NCBI GenBank assembly: GCA_937625935.1
Contig: OW569363.1
Span: forward strand, 248,001 to 312,000
Length of the DNA stretch: 64,000 nucleotides
Origin: Tetramitus jugosus
Lineage: Eukaryota; Protista; Heterolobosea
Direction: 5' to 3'
Numbering within the stretch: position 1 is the first letter of the stretch; each line of letters starts with the position of its first letter. The translations under genes were made by a program, and so were the position numbers. Below are positions 1 through 11,461 of this stretch, piece after piece. The notes below the pieces were generated by a model that saw nothing but the letters and a program-made list of their open reading frames with translations, had not been told where the DNA came from and ran no database searches.

Positions 1-1
1 A

Positions 2-3000
2 AGAAGATCGGGTCATCGTGACTCTCACAAGAGAAGAAGAAGTGAGAGCAGACATGAAGATAGTGATGATGACGACGACGATGATGTCTCATCCAAGAAG
101 AAGAGAAAAAAGCACAGATTAAAGCGTTTAAAAAAGAAGAACAAGTTGGAGAAGGAATTGGAAGATTTGCATAGAACTTCTGATGATGAACAAGCAGTTC
201 CATTGAGTGACGATGAAGTTCATGTGTCCAATGCCGATGAACTCAGAAACACATTGTTTTCGGCTGAGGATGAAGGGGAGATGGCCTATGATGAGGAAGA
301 TCATAACTCTCATCGATACGCAAAACAAAACAGAGGTTTCAGAGAGGATGACGAGGATGAAATGAGAGGATTCATTGTTGGTCGTTCCAAGCGCACAGAG
401 GAATATGATAATGGTGATCCATTTGGATATGGTCAAGATTATTATGAAGAGGAGGCTGCAACTACGGTCGACGCCAGAGAAACACTACAAAAGATATTTG
501 GTCCTGACGAGATTGCCGAACAATTCATGACCGAAGAAGATGAAATTATCAGAAACGAAGATATACCGGAACGTTATCAGTTGTCGAAGACTGTGAGAAC
601 TGTGACAGAGGTTGAGATTGCTGATGAAGCCAATTGGATTTATGCGCAGGTTTTTGAGTTTATGGAGTCTGGAGCACTTTTTGACAGTGGATTCACAAAC
701 GAGAACAACTACCAGAGTGGATGGGGTCAAGATATGTCGTCTTCCGAACAGGGCAATTGGGGTAGAGATGCTCCCACTGATACAGGCAATTGGGGCAGAG
801 ATGTTCCTTCTGATACAGGCAACTGGGGTCGAGATGCACCATCGGATCAAGGTAGCTGGGGTCAAGAGATGTCTTCCAATCAGGGAAGCTGGGGCCAAGA
901 ACTTCCACAGTACGATGGTATGGATGATGTTGATATGAATGGTAGCACGAGCAACTTGTTAAAGGAGAAGATTATTGCGGAAATAACTCAGGTTTTACAT
1001 TTCATTCTCATCAATCGATACGATATACCCTATATTGCACAATATAAAAAGGAGTATGTGGCCACGAACTTGAAATATGACGACTTGTGGACCATTTACG
1101 AGTATGATGAGAAGTGGTCAAGTTTGCAGTCAAAGAAGCAGTTGATACGTGATTTGTACAAAGAGTCACAAATGAGTGGCATCGATTTTTACCAAACTCT
1201 GGTCAATCAGTCCACCAATATCGAAGATGTAGAAGATTTAATTTCTCACTTCCAATTGAATGCTGGACCAAGCTCCAACACCAAAGACTCCACAGAAAGA
1301 AAAAAGAGAAGATCATCCAGAAGAGATCCATATACCGTCGCCAAACAAAGCAAGGCAAGTGGTATCACTCAACATTTTGGTCTTACTCCAATGCAATATT
1401 CTGAAAATATCAGCTTGAACTTCCAAATGCACAAGAAGAATGATCACCCTACAACAGCAGAAGTGTTAGCACAGGAGTACGTCTCCTCTCTTCATCCAAC
1501 TGGTGAAGCTGTGTTAAAGATTGCCAGGCATATTCTGGCGAGAGAGATAGCTGCTGAGCCTTATGTTCGATATGTTGTGAGACAAGCATACAAAATTTAC
1601 GCACAAATGTCTCTGACTCTAACACCAAAGGGAGAAGCCTCCTCTATTATCCGTCTTCGTGATTACAAGAATGTTCACAAGACGAGCTTCAGTAGTTATT
1701 CCAGATCATCTGATTTGATTCAATTGATGCATATATTCCGGGACGAGAGAGATGGACTCGTGCAAATCACCATCGACATACCTGACGAACGTTTGAATGA
1801 AGTTTTGAAACATGAGGATTTATATTTTTCAAGAGATGCTTCCTCGTCTCAATCATGGAACGATCAGCGCTTGCTCATTATTCAAGAAGTGAAGAAACTG
1901 TTGGCTCCTTCCATGGAAAACTTTTTGAGAAGTCATTATGCTAAGAAGGGAAAGACAGTTATCGGTCGAGCTTGCAAGCAATCATTAGAACAAATCCTGC
2001 ATCAAGGGCCATTCGGTAATGACAAGAATCATAATCCAAATTTACTTCAGGTCTATGAGCTAGAAGAGGAAGAAGAAAATCCAAGACCAACCAGACATCG
2101 TATAATGAGTTGCTGTGTTGGTATTGATCGAGAAATAACAACCTTTTCTGTACTGGATGTTGATGGACAGTTCAAGGCGACCTTGCAATGGAAATTCAAT
2201 GTGATGGGAAGAAATAGCAATGAAACTAAGGAAATTGCTGAAAAACAGGAAGACGAGCTTAGAGATTTTATTCGAGCACATGAACCTCATGCACTCGCTG
2301 TTGCAACTAGTGGATTGAATTCCATCAAGTTATTCAAAATAGTTCAAGATATTGTGAATGATCTCATTAGAACACGTAGAATCAAATGCAAGGGTGTGTT
2401 TTATGCTCCTGACAAGTTTGCCAGAATCTATGAAGTATCGCCAATTGCTCAACGCGAATTTCCAGGAGTTAGCGAAATTGAGAAACGTGCTGTATTTGTT
2501 GCTCGCTACTTTAACGATCCACTCACAGCTCTTGCTACTCTATTCAACTCAAACAACGACATTACCTGTTACAAGTACCATGAGCTTCAAGACATGTTGT
2601 CTACAGACTACTTGGTTTCTGTAATTGAACAAGCGTTTGTAACTATGGTTAATGCTGTTGGTGTGGACATTAACCGTATTGTCGAAGTCAAGAATCTTCA
2701 ATCTGTATTGCGCTTTGTCAGTGGTCTTGGTCCAAGAAAGGCTGACAAGATAATCAAGTCGCTACAGGCCAGAAAGAGTGCACTCCTAACTAAGCGTAAG
2801 CAACTTCTTGAAAGTGTAGAAAAGGGTGGTATAGATGTTGGAAAGGTCGTCTTCTTGAGTTGTGCCGCATTCATCAGAATCCTTCCACCACCAGGTGTTT
2901 CTAATGCAGAGTTCGATGTTCTTGACAACACAAGAATTCATCCAGAGAATTACAAAGTGGCTATCAAGATTGCCATGGATGCTCTCGATATGGAAGATGA

Positions 3001-4237
3001 CACCGATGAAAATAGCATTGAGCTTGTCATGAAGAATCCAAAGAGATTAGAGGATTTGGATCTTGTATCCTATGCTGAAGAGTTAGAGAAACGTGGTTAT
3101 GGTAAGCGACACAGTACGCTGCAAGACATTAAGACTGAGCTACAAGATCCCTTCAAGGATCCAAGAGATGACTTCATTGATTTATCGTCAGATGATCAAA
3201 GAGCAGTGGATTTGCTATTTACATATATAACCGGTGAAACAGACAAGACTCTGCATGTTGGCCAGCTAGTGTCCGCTATGGTACAAAGAGAGGCATTTGG
3301 AAAGAATGATCAATGGACTGGATTCAATTGTCAACTTGAAAACGGACTCAGAGCATTTTTGCATGTCGACACCATGGACACATCGAAGGAAATCAAGCCT
3401 GGATCAGTGATTGAATGTATAATAATTGATATTGACAAGAAAGGATTCTTTGTGAAGTTATCCTACAACGAATCTGAAATCCAACAAGCTAAGGAAGCTC
3501 TCGTGGTGAATCCAACGTTGAGCAAATCTAGCGGCCGATCAAGCAGTAGCTCATCTTCTCGTGCAACTCCAAAGATGAAAAGCAGACGTCAATTCAAGAG
3601 AAATATTCATCATCCTAACTTCAGAAACTATAATTATGGCCAAGCTATCGAGTTCCTCTCTGACAAACCAGCTGGCGAAACTCTCGTCAGACCAAGCAGC
3701 TTGGGACCTGATCACTTGGCAGTCACATTCAAGTATTTGAATGATCAGTTCATCAATTTGGATGTGAAAGAAGAAGACAAGGTGGATATCAACTCTTTGG
3801 GTCGCAGATTAAAGATCAAGGACAAGACATATGCCGATATCGACGAAATCTGTGTCAGCTACGTACAAAGCTTCATTGACTATGCAAAGATGTTGCAAAA
3901 TCATCACAAGTACACATCACTAGACTATGAATCGATTGAAAAGGAATTGGCACAAGAAAAACAAAAGAATCCGAAGTCCATTCCCTATAAGATAGCCGTA
4001 AATCCAAAGAGCCCTGGCAGATATATCATTTACTACATGCCAAACAAGCGAGTGAAGAAGCAACACATATCCGTTGGACCTGAGGGTTATTCGTTCAACC
4101 AACGTGCTTTCACTAATATTACAAAACTATTGAATGCCTTCAAGACTGCATTCTCTCAAAGCCAAGGTCTGAGACCAAGTTCTTCTTCATCCCACAGCCA
4201 CAGCAGTGGCACTTCCTCCGGCTGGGGAAATAAATGA
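2..4237 (+). CDS. SPT6: Transcription elongation factor / histone chaperone Spt6 (5' end lies outside the window)
   Basis: The frame is open from base 2, so the listed TTG start at 146 is not the true start. Acidic N-terminus, DIPERYQL motif, YqgF-like core, HhH (FVSGLGPRKA), LDNTRIHPENY, S1 domain and tandem SH2 region (HHPNFRNYNYGQA, RPSSLGPDHLAVT). Confidence 0.96.
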   Translation, partial: RRSGHRDSHKRRRSESRHEDSDDDDDDDVSSKKKRKKHRLKRLKKKNKLEKELEDLHRTSDDEQAVPLSDDEVHVSNADELRNTLFSAEDEGEMAYDEEDHNSHRYAKQNRGFREDDEDEMRGFIVGRSKRTEEYDNGDPFGYGQDYYEEEAATTVDARETLQKIFGPDEIAEQFMTEEDEIIRNEDIPERYQLSKTVRTVTEVEIADEANWIYAQVFEFMESGALFDSGFTNENNYQSGWGQDMSSSEQGNWGRDAPTDTGNWGRDVPSDTGNWGRDAPSDQGSWGQEMSSNQGSWGQELPQYDGMDDVDMNGSTSNLLKEKIIAEITQVLHFILINRYDIPYIAQYKKEYVATNLKYDDLWTIYEYDEKWSSLQSKKQLIRDLYKESQMSGIDFYQTLVNQSTNIEDVEDLISHFQLNAGPSSNTKDSTERKKRRSSRRDPYTVAKQSKASGITQHFGLTPMQYSENISLNFQMHKKNDHPTTAEVLAQEYVSSLHPTGEAVLKIARHILAREIAAEPYVRYVVRQAYKIYAQMSLTLTPKGEASSIIRLRDYKNVHKTSFSSYSRSSDLIQLMHIFRDERDGLVQITIDIPDERLNEVLKHEDLYFSRDASSSQSWNDQRLLIIQEVKKLLAPSMENFLRSHYAKKGKTVIGRACKQSLEQILHQGPFGNDKNHNPNLLQVYELEEEEENPRPTRHRIMSCCVGIDREITTFSVLDVDGQFKATLQWKFNVMGRNSNETKEIAEKQEDELRDFIRAHEPHALAVATSGLNSIKLFKIVQDIVNDLIRTRRIKCKGVFYAPDKFARIYEVSPIAQREFPGVSEIEKRAVFVARYFNDPLTALATLFNSNNDITCYKYHELQDMLSTDYLVSVIEQAFVTMVNAVGVDINRIVEVKNLQSVLRFVSGLGPRKADKIIKSLQARKSALLTKRKQLLESVEKGGIDVGKVVFLSCAAFIRILPPPGVSNAEFDVLDNTRIHPENYKVAIKIAMDALDMEDDTDENSIELVMKNPKRLEDLDLVSYAEELEKRGYGKRHSTLQDIKTELQDPFKDPRDDFIDLSSDDQRAVDLLFTYITGETDKTLHVGQLVSAMVQREAFGKNDQWTGFNCQLENGLRAFLHVDTMDTSKEIKPGSVIECIIIDIDKKGFFVKLSYNESEIQQAKEALVVNPTLSKSSGRSSSSSSSRATPKMKSRRQFKRNIHHPNFRNYNYGQAIEFLSDKPAGETLVRPSSLGPDHLAVTFKYLNDQFINLDVKEEDKVDINSLGRRLKIKDKTYADIDEICVSYVQSFIDYAKMLQNHHKYTSLDYESIEKELAQEKQKNPKSIPYKIAVNPKSPGRYIIYYMPNKRVKKQHISVGPEGYSFNQRAFTNITKLLNAFKTAFSQSQGLRPSSSSSHSHSSGTSSGWGNK
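716..903 (+). repeat. Coding tandem repeat of about 33 nt x 6, encoding G(N/S)WG(R/Q)(D/E) units inside Spt6
   Basis: TGG-GGN codon pairs start at 722, 758, 791, 824, 857 and 890 (spacings 36, 33, 33, 33, 33). Confidence 0.92.
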
Positions 4238-4385
4238 GCGAATTCATTGTAAAATAACCAACAAGTTCACATGAATTGTGTTGAAAGAATTGGGGATACT
4301 TGTCACTCCAAGGGGTCATGTAGATAAGATATGGTGTTTATGATGCTAATAGGTTTTTGAATAAGATAAGATCTTCCTTAATACA

Positions 4386-6339
4386 TTAGAAAAGACCAAC
4401 AACACGTCCAGTCTCAAAGTCTACATCAATATCGTAATAGGCAGGTTTTGTTGGCAACCCAGGGATAGTCTTAATGGATCCAACCAACGGAACAAGCAAA
4501 CCTGCACCTGCGTAACATCTCAATTCTCTGATTGGAAGAATAAAACCTGTTGGAGCTCCCTTCAAATTTGGATCATGACTCAAACTGTATTGAGTCTTGG
4601 CAACACAGATTGGCAGCTTGTCCAAATCCAACTTATTAAGTCTTTCTATAGTCTCTTCTACCTCCTTTGACAAAGAAACACCATCGGCTCCATAAATCTC
4701 CTTCGCAATAGTCTCCAATTTCTCCTTAATGCTTTGATTAAGGTCGTACAACACCTTAAAATTATTTGGTTGCTTGCATGCCTCAACGATGGAAGAAGCC
4801 ACATCGGTAGCTCCAGCGCCTCCTTGAGCCCAGTGGTTGCTTGGTACAGCATCAAATGCTCCAGCTTCCTTGGCAATTCTACGAACCAATTCAATTTCTT
4901 CATCACTATCACTAGTGAATCTATTGATACAGACTACACATGGCACTCCAAACTTTTGAATATTTTGAATGTGCTTGATAAGATTGGAACAACCCTTCTC
5001 CAAATACTCCAAGTTTGGAATCTTAGTTTCATTCAACTCACATCCACCATGATGCTTCAGTGCACGAATAGAGGCAACAAGAACCACACAGTTTGGAGTC
5101 AAACCACTTGCTCTGCACTTGATGTTAAAGAACTTCTCCATACCAATATCAGCACCAAAGCCAGCCTCAGTCAAAACATATCCATCCTTTGAAGCCAATT
5201 TGAGTGCAATCTTATCGGCAATAATACTCGAATTACCGTGAGCAATGTTTGCAAATGGACCAGCATGGATCAACACTGGTGTTCCTTCAATGGTTTGCAT
5301 CAGAGTTGGATGAATTGTGTCCTTCATCAAAACAGTCATTGCTCCTGACACACCCAAGTCCTCAGCTGTCACAGCATCACCACTCTTGCTATTGGCAAAA
5401 ACAATCTTTCCCATTCTTTCTCTCATATCCTTCAAGTCATGAGACAGAGCCAAGATAGCCATGGTCTCAGAGGCAACAGAGATGTCAAACGAAGTGTCTC
5501 TCGTGAATCCCTTTTCTTCTGGTCCCTTACCAATGGTGATATTTCTCAAATATCGATCACTAGTGTCCATCACTCTGTTCCATGTGATGGTGGATTCATC
5601 AATGTCCAATCTTGCCCACTTTTGCTTCTCTTCATCTGTAAATTCACTTGGCTTCTTGTTCACATCGATACCCAACTTTTCCAATCGAGAGAGCATAATC
5701 TTGCTAAACTTGTTACCAGGAGTCAACCGATTGAACAAGGCATGGGTTGGTTGAGTCTTCTCATGGAAGATACGAGTGTCAATAGCAGCGGCCAACAAAT
5801 TGTTAGCGGCTGAGATGGCATGAATATCACCAGTCAAATGAAGGTTGAAATCTTCCATCGGAATGATTTGAGCGTAGCCACCACCGGCTGCACCTCCCTT
5901 GATACCAAAAGTTGGACCCTGAGAAGGCTGTCTCAAGCATGAGAACACCTTCTTATTCAAATGAGCACCAAGAGCTTGAGAGATACCAATGGCCGTTGTT
6001 GATTTTCCCTCACCCAATGGAGTAGGAGTAATACCAGTGACGACAACATACTGTAGATGGAAAATGCGCGAAATGTAAACACAAAAAGCTTTCACGGTAC
6101 AAAATACAATACATCATAAACAACACACATACGTTGCCATCAGCTTCATTTTGTATTCTATTCAAAATGTTGATATCAATCTTTGCCTTGGTCTTTCCAT
6201 ATGGGATGATTTCATCCTCCAAGATGCCATAGCTCTTTGCTAATCCATTCACATTCATTGGTTCAACACTCTGTGAGATGACGATATCGCTTGGTGTTGG
6301 TGAAGCAATGTTTTTGATTGGGTTGCCAGTGTAACTCAT
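4386..6339 (-). CDS. FTHFS: Monofunctional formate--tetrahydrofolate ligase (FTHFS); exons 6339-6133 and 6050-4386
   Basis: Motifs [48 protein letters not shown] and [14 protein letters not shown]. Phase-0 intron 6051-6132 (GTATGT...CTACAG) joins ADGN to YVVVTG. First in-frame ATG is at 6339. Confidence 0.95.
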
Positions 6340-6635
6340 GTTGTAGTGCCGTTGTTGTTGTAGTGATGATGATGACAGGTAAGTCAAATGTTGTGAATGT
6401 GTGCCGTTGGTAAATCGTGAACGCAGTAACGCTGTTGCTTTTCTTCTTATTGAAAGGACCAAAATTTTTGCTGCCAGTTGCTTTGGTCTTGTTTAATAGA
6501 TGAGAGCTTTTGAACAAGTGTCTCTAATGCTTTTTCAGATGATGTCACCGCAAAAAAAGATCACCCACAAGCGATCTAAGCGGTTTTCGTGCTATTATTC
6601 CGTCCCCTCAACAACAAAAAGAATTGTGTGCGGAA

Positions 6636-7646
6636 ATGTCGTCAACAGTATTGGATGTCGTGATTGGAATCGATGGTGGTGCTACTAAAACCGAGTGCGC
6701 CCTCCTTCAAGTGTCAAACAAGTGTGAAATTGGCTCAGCTATCGCTGGATCCTCCAACAAGAACTCTGTAGGTGATGACATGGCAAAGAAGAATCTGACT
6801 GATAGTATGATTGGTGCTGTTGCTAGTGCTCGTGAAAGATTGTCATTAGCTGATGGTGGTGAAACAAGATTCCGATTGACTGGCGTTTGTTTTGGAATGA
6901 GTGGTGTGGATCGACCACATGACAAGCAACTTGTGAGATCCTGGGTACCAGATATGATTCAACAATTGACTGAGGCACACAGCGGTGTGATCAGTGCTGC
7001 TGATAATATTGTTGTCCAAGTGTATAATGATGCCATTTCTGCTCTATCAAGTGGAACTCTGGGTAATTTGAAGGACGCTCTGGTGATTATCAGTGGAACT
7101 GGAATGATTGTGACAGGATCGGCAGATGGTGTTCAGTTTGTCAGAACAGGTGGATGGGGTCCATTGTTGGGTGATGAAGGATCTGGATATCATATTGGAA
7201 GCGAAGTGTTGAAAGCTTGTGTCAACAGTGAAGACAAATTGTTGACAGAGCCAACAGTGCTTGTTGATTTGGTCAAGAAGCATTTAAATATGGAGAATAT
7301 GTCTCAATTAATTGATTTTGCGTACAAGGACACCGCATGGAGTCGTATTGCTGATTTAGCTCGATTGGCATTCGATGGTTATGAGCTCAATGACAATGTG
7401 TCTCGAAGAATCGTTCATAATGCAGCCTCATCCCTAGAGAGGTACATTAGAGCTACCGTAAACAACTTAGGATGGAGCTCCGACAAGGAATTCACATTGG
7501 TGTACACTGGAAGCGTTCTCACGCATGACAACTCTGTAGTTGCACAGGCTCTGTCACAGAATCTCAAGCAAGCATTCCCATCCATTACGATCACTCTTCC
7601 AAAGGTGTCAGCTGCCGTTGGTTCAGCTCTTCTTGTTGCCAACTAG
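6636..7646 (+). CDS. N-acetylglucosamine kinase-like protein (BadF/BadG/BcrA/BcrD ATPase family)
   Basis: Motifs IGIDGGATKT, NDAISAL, IISGTG and GGWGPLLGDEGSGYHIG. First ATG at 6636. Confidence 0.88.
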   Translation: MSSTVLDVVIGIDGGATKTECALLQVSNKCEIGSAIAGSSNKNSVGDDMAKKNLTDSMIGAVASARERLSLADGGETRFRLTGVCFGMSGVDRPHDKQLVRSWVPDMIQQLTEAHSGVISAADNIVVQVYNDAISALSSGTLGNLKDALVIISGTGMIVTGSADGVQFVRTGGWGPLLGDEGSGYHIGSEVLKACVNSEDKLLTEPTVLVDLVKKHLNMENMSQLIDFAYKDTAWSRIADLARLAFDGYELNDNVSRRIVHNAASSLERYIRATVNNLGWSSDKEFTLVYTGSVLTHDNSVVAQALSQNLKQAFPSITITLPKVSAAVGSALLVAN

Positions 7647-7918
7647 TCATAAGAAAAGAGCATTACAGAACGAGAGTATTATTATTACAGAAACTGCACT
7701 TTCCAACAAAACAATCGAAACTTCTTTTTCAACATGATGTCGGGGGAATTTTCTTTCACAACAAAACAACTGGTCTGAACAACAATCAAAAGAACTAGCG
7801 CGAACAATAGCAGCAACATCCAGTGACTACCCATCCTCACTCAGCAACAAACAACAAAACAACAAAACAAACAACACACAAGTTCTCTCGACAAACTACA
7901 CCCAATAGTTGATGAAGC

Positions 7919-10900
7919 ATGTTTGATTTTATAAAATCATGGCTTCCAAAAAAGAAGAATCAAAGTGGCAACAACACCAAAAACAAGAACAAGAACAAAT
8001 ATGCAAAATCGAGACGCATCTACTGCACTCAGACAAGTGACTATGAATCACTGAGAGATGAACTTCACAAGCAAGAACAGCACTTCAAGGACAACACGAT
8101 TCGAAACACAAAGTACACTGCTATTTCGTTTCTACCCAAGGCCCTCTACGAGCAATTCTCATTGCACATGAATCAATACTTTTTGATGTTGGCATTGATG
8201 CAACTGTGGAGAACTATCACTCCAGTGAATCCCATTTCGACATGGACACCGTTGGTTATTGTGGTCAGTGTTGGTATGATCAAGGAATTGGTGGATGATT
8301 TGTTTCGATTGAAAAAAGATCGAGAAGCCAATGAAAAGACTGTGTTTGTGTTGCGCGAGGGAAGAAGAACGAGAGACAAGTCAAGAAATGTGCGAGTGGG
8401 CGATCTTGTAATGCTAAAGGAAGATGAAACAGTTTGTGCCGATATGGTTGTGTTGCGGACGAGTGATGATCGTGGTGCTTGCTTCATTGAGACGAGTGCA
8501 CTGGACGGTGAAGAGGACTACAAGGAGAGAGATGCACCAAAGCTGATTCATCAAAAATCAATGCACGAAATTGAGAATTTCAATGGTGTGATTGATGCTC
8601 CAGCTCCCAATGCAGAGATTGAAAAGTTTGATAGTACTTTGACAATGGAGGACGGTTCAGTAATCTCTCTGTCTCAAAAGAATTTGTTGTTGCAGGGAAC
8701 TGTGATGAAGAGTACAGAGTGGGCGATTGGTCTGGTTGTTTATACTGGAAACGAATCGAAAATTGGTATGAATAAGCAAGAAGTGAAGATCAAATGGACA
8801 AAAATGGATAGTTTTATCAACAATGCAGTCGTTGTTATTTTCCTCATTCAATTCCTCTGTGGTGCTATCCTTGGAACAACGGGAAACATTTTGAGAGAAA
8901 AGATTGAAAGAGTATGTTTTTCTTTTGGGTTGTTTGTGTCATGCTAATGAGTACTTATTTGTTGTTGATGCAATACGTGTCTAATACGTGATTATTTCTT
9001 CAGTCATTTTATTTTGGTACTCCAAGAGACTATACTCCTTCTGTGTTTAGCTACGTGATCATTCCTTTGCGATTTATGCTCTTGTGTTCATTGATGATTC
9101 CGCAGAGTTTGAAAGTAACAAGCGATATTTGTAAATATGTGCTTTCTCTGTTGATCACGTATGATGTCAAATTGTATGATGAGAAGTCTGACACGCCTGC
9201 TGGTGCTGCCAATACATCAATCTGTGAAGATTTGGGTCAAATCGAATATCTGTTTACTGATAAGACTGGTACTCTTACAGAGAATGTGATGATTTATAGA
9301 AAGTGTATCGTGAATGGCATCATTTATGAAGCTGGAGAATCTGAACTCGAAGAACAAATTCAAAATGGTGATTCTGATGCTAAACGATTCATGGAAACAA
9401 TCGTCTTGTGCAACACTGTCTTTTCGAGTATTAATGAAGCAGGAGTTGTTCATTATCGATCTCAATCCCCTGATGAAGAAGCACTGGTCAATTTCGCAAA
9501 AGAAATGGGCTTTGTTCTGCTGAATAGAGATCATGAGTCGATCAAAATCAAAGAGTTTGGAGAGGAGAAGAACTATCAGATACTCCAAGTTTTAGAGTTC
9601 ACATCTAGTCGCAGAAGAATGTCTATCATCATCAAATCGAACGAAAATGAAGAGATTTTGATTTTGTCAAAGGGAGGTGATGATGCTATATTCTCAATGC
9701 TTGAGCATAAATCTAAAATCGATTCGTATAAAAACAGCGTGAAGATTCTGGCAGATGAAGGATTGAGAACTATGTGCATGGCTTACAAAACAATTAGTCA
9801 AGCAGAATATGAGCAATGGCGTAATGAGTATGATGAAGCAAATAATGCAATGGAGGATAGAGCACAAAGATTAGAGAGTGCTTATTCCTCAATGGAAACC
9901 AATCTCCTTTATATTGGTTGCTCTGGAATTGAAGATTCATTGCAGGAAGGTGTCGCTGATACCATTCAAGCGTTGAGAGATGCTGGAATAGTGGTATGGA
10001 TGTTGACAGGAGACAAGAAGGAAACAGCTACCATGATTGGCTATTCATGCAACTTAATTGATCGGTACTCATCATACACGGGAGGAACACACATATTTGA
10101 CATTGAGGGTGAATCTGTTGAACAAGTTTCTATTGCTCTACAGAAGGCATTGGAAGAAGTTAAAACAACATTCAACACAAACAGAGCTATCATTATCGAC
10201 GGAGGCTCCTTAAAACACATTTTCCCTGATGGGATGACTGATGATGATGAAGACGAAGATGAGGACGGAAAGAAAGAACACAACAAACTTCGCAGTTTGT
10301 CAATGTTATCTGATCTTGCAGTACAATGCAAGTCAGTGATTTGTTGTAGAATGTCACCAATTCAAAAGGGACGCATTGTTCGAATGATGAAAGGATTTGG
10401 ACCAAAACGCCGTCGATGTCTCGCGATTGGAGATGGAGGAAATGATGTCACTATGATTTTAGAATCTGATGTTGGTGTGGGGATATCGGGTAAGGAGGGA
10501 TTACAAGCTGTTCGTGCTGCTGATTTCTCAATCGCTCGATTCAAATATCTGAAACGACTCCTTCTAGTGCACGGACGCAATTCATACAGGCGAATGGCCT
10601 ATGTATCACTATACACCATGTACAAATCATTGATCCTAGCTTTTTGTCAATTGCTATTCTCTGGTTTTAGTGCATTCTCTGGTGCTCCATTGCTCAATAC
10701 CTATTCACTGACAATGTACAATCTGATATTCACTGCTGTCATTCCTATGGCGTTCGCTCTTGACAAGGACATTTCAGACGAAGCCCTTGAGAACATTCCA
10801 GAACTATATGCAGAAACGAGAAATAGCAAGTATATGAATGTGAAGACGTTCTCTTCTTGGTTCTTGTTCGCCTTTTTCCAAGCAGTAGTCATTGTTTTTG

Positions 10901-11439
10901 GTGTTCTCATTATCATGAATGGACAATATATGATCGCTGGTACTGGAAAGACAATGGACTACTGGACAGAAGGACTTGTGGTCATCACTGTTGTTTTAAT
11001 CGTTCAACAGCTTGATTGCTTGCTTCTGCTACGAAACTTTTCAATCGTCAGCTTGACCTTTACTTTTGGAAGTTTCCTTGCTTTTATTGTGGGCACATTG
11101 TTGTATTCCGCAATTCGAATGCTTTCTGGTTTCACATCAATGTACATGGCCGCAATTCATTTGGCATCCGACCCTGTCTTCTATTTTATATGCCTACTGC
11201 TGGCTGTTGTTGCCTCGGCCCCTCTATTCATGTATCAATTCGCATACTTGATGCCATTCACTCCATTGTCATTGAGTCGCTTCGTGAGAAGGAGAGAACA
11301 AGCCGAAAGAGAGAAGGATGATGACTTCTGGATGGCCTTGCGATCAGACATCAACAGAATGCAGAAGAGAAGATTAACAAACCAAGATTTTGAAAGTTAC
11401 GGAGAAGTACCAGAGGAGAGAACAAAGCTGTTGCAATAA
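7919..11439 (+). CDS. P4-type ATPase phospholipid flippase; exons 7919-8911 and 9004-11439
   Basis: Motifs DNTIRNTKYT, EDLGQIEYLFTDKTGTLTEN, SPDEEALV, WMLTGDKKETA and AIGDGGNDV. Phase-0 intron 8912-9003 (GTATGT...TTCAG) joins the two ORFs in frame. Confidence 0.95.
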
Positions 11440-11461
11440 AATAAGTGACTTTACAAGTGAT

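Noticed and set aside
716-903. 33-nt periodic repeat as a CRISPR array
   Set aside because: It is in frame, degenerate at synonymous positions, has no unique spacers, and sits inside a eukaryotic gene.
8912-9003. Split ORFs (flippase, FTHFS, NDUFA9, Sec7, P5-ATPase) as frameshifted pseudogenes or recoding
   Set aside because: Each break is resolved by a GT-AG intron that restores the frame and conserved motifs.
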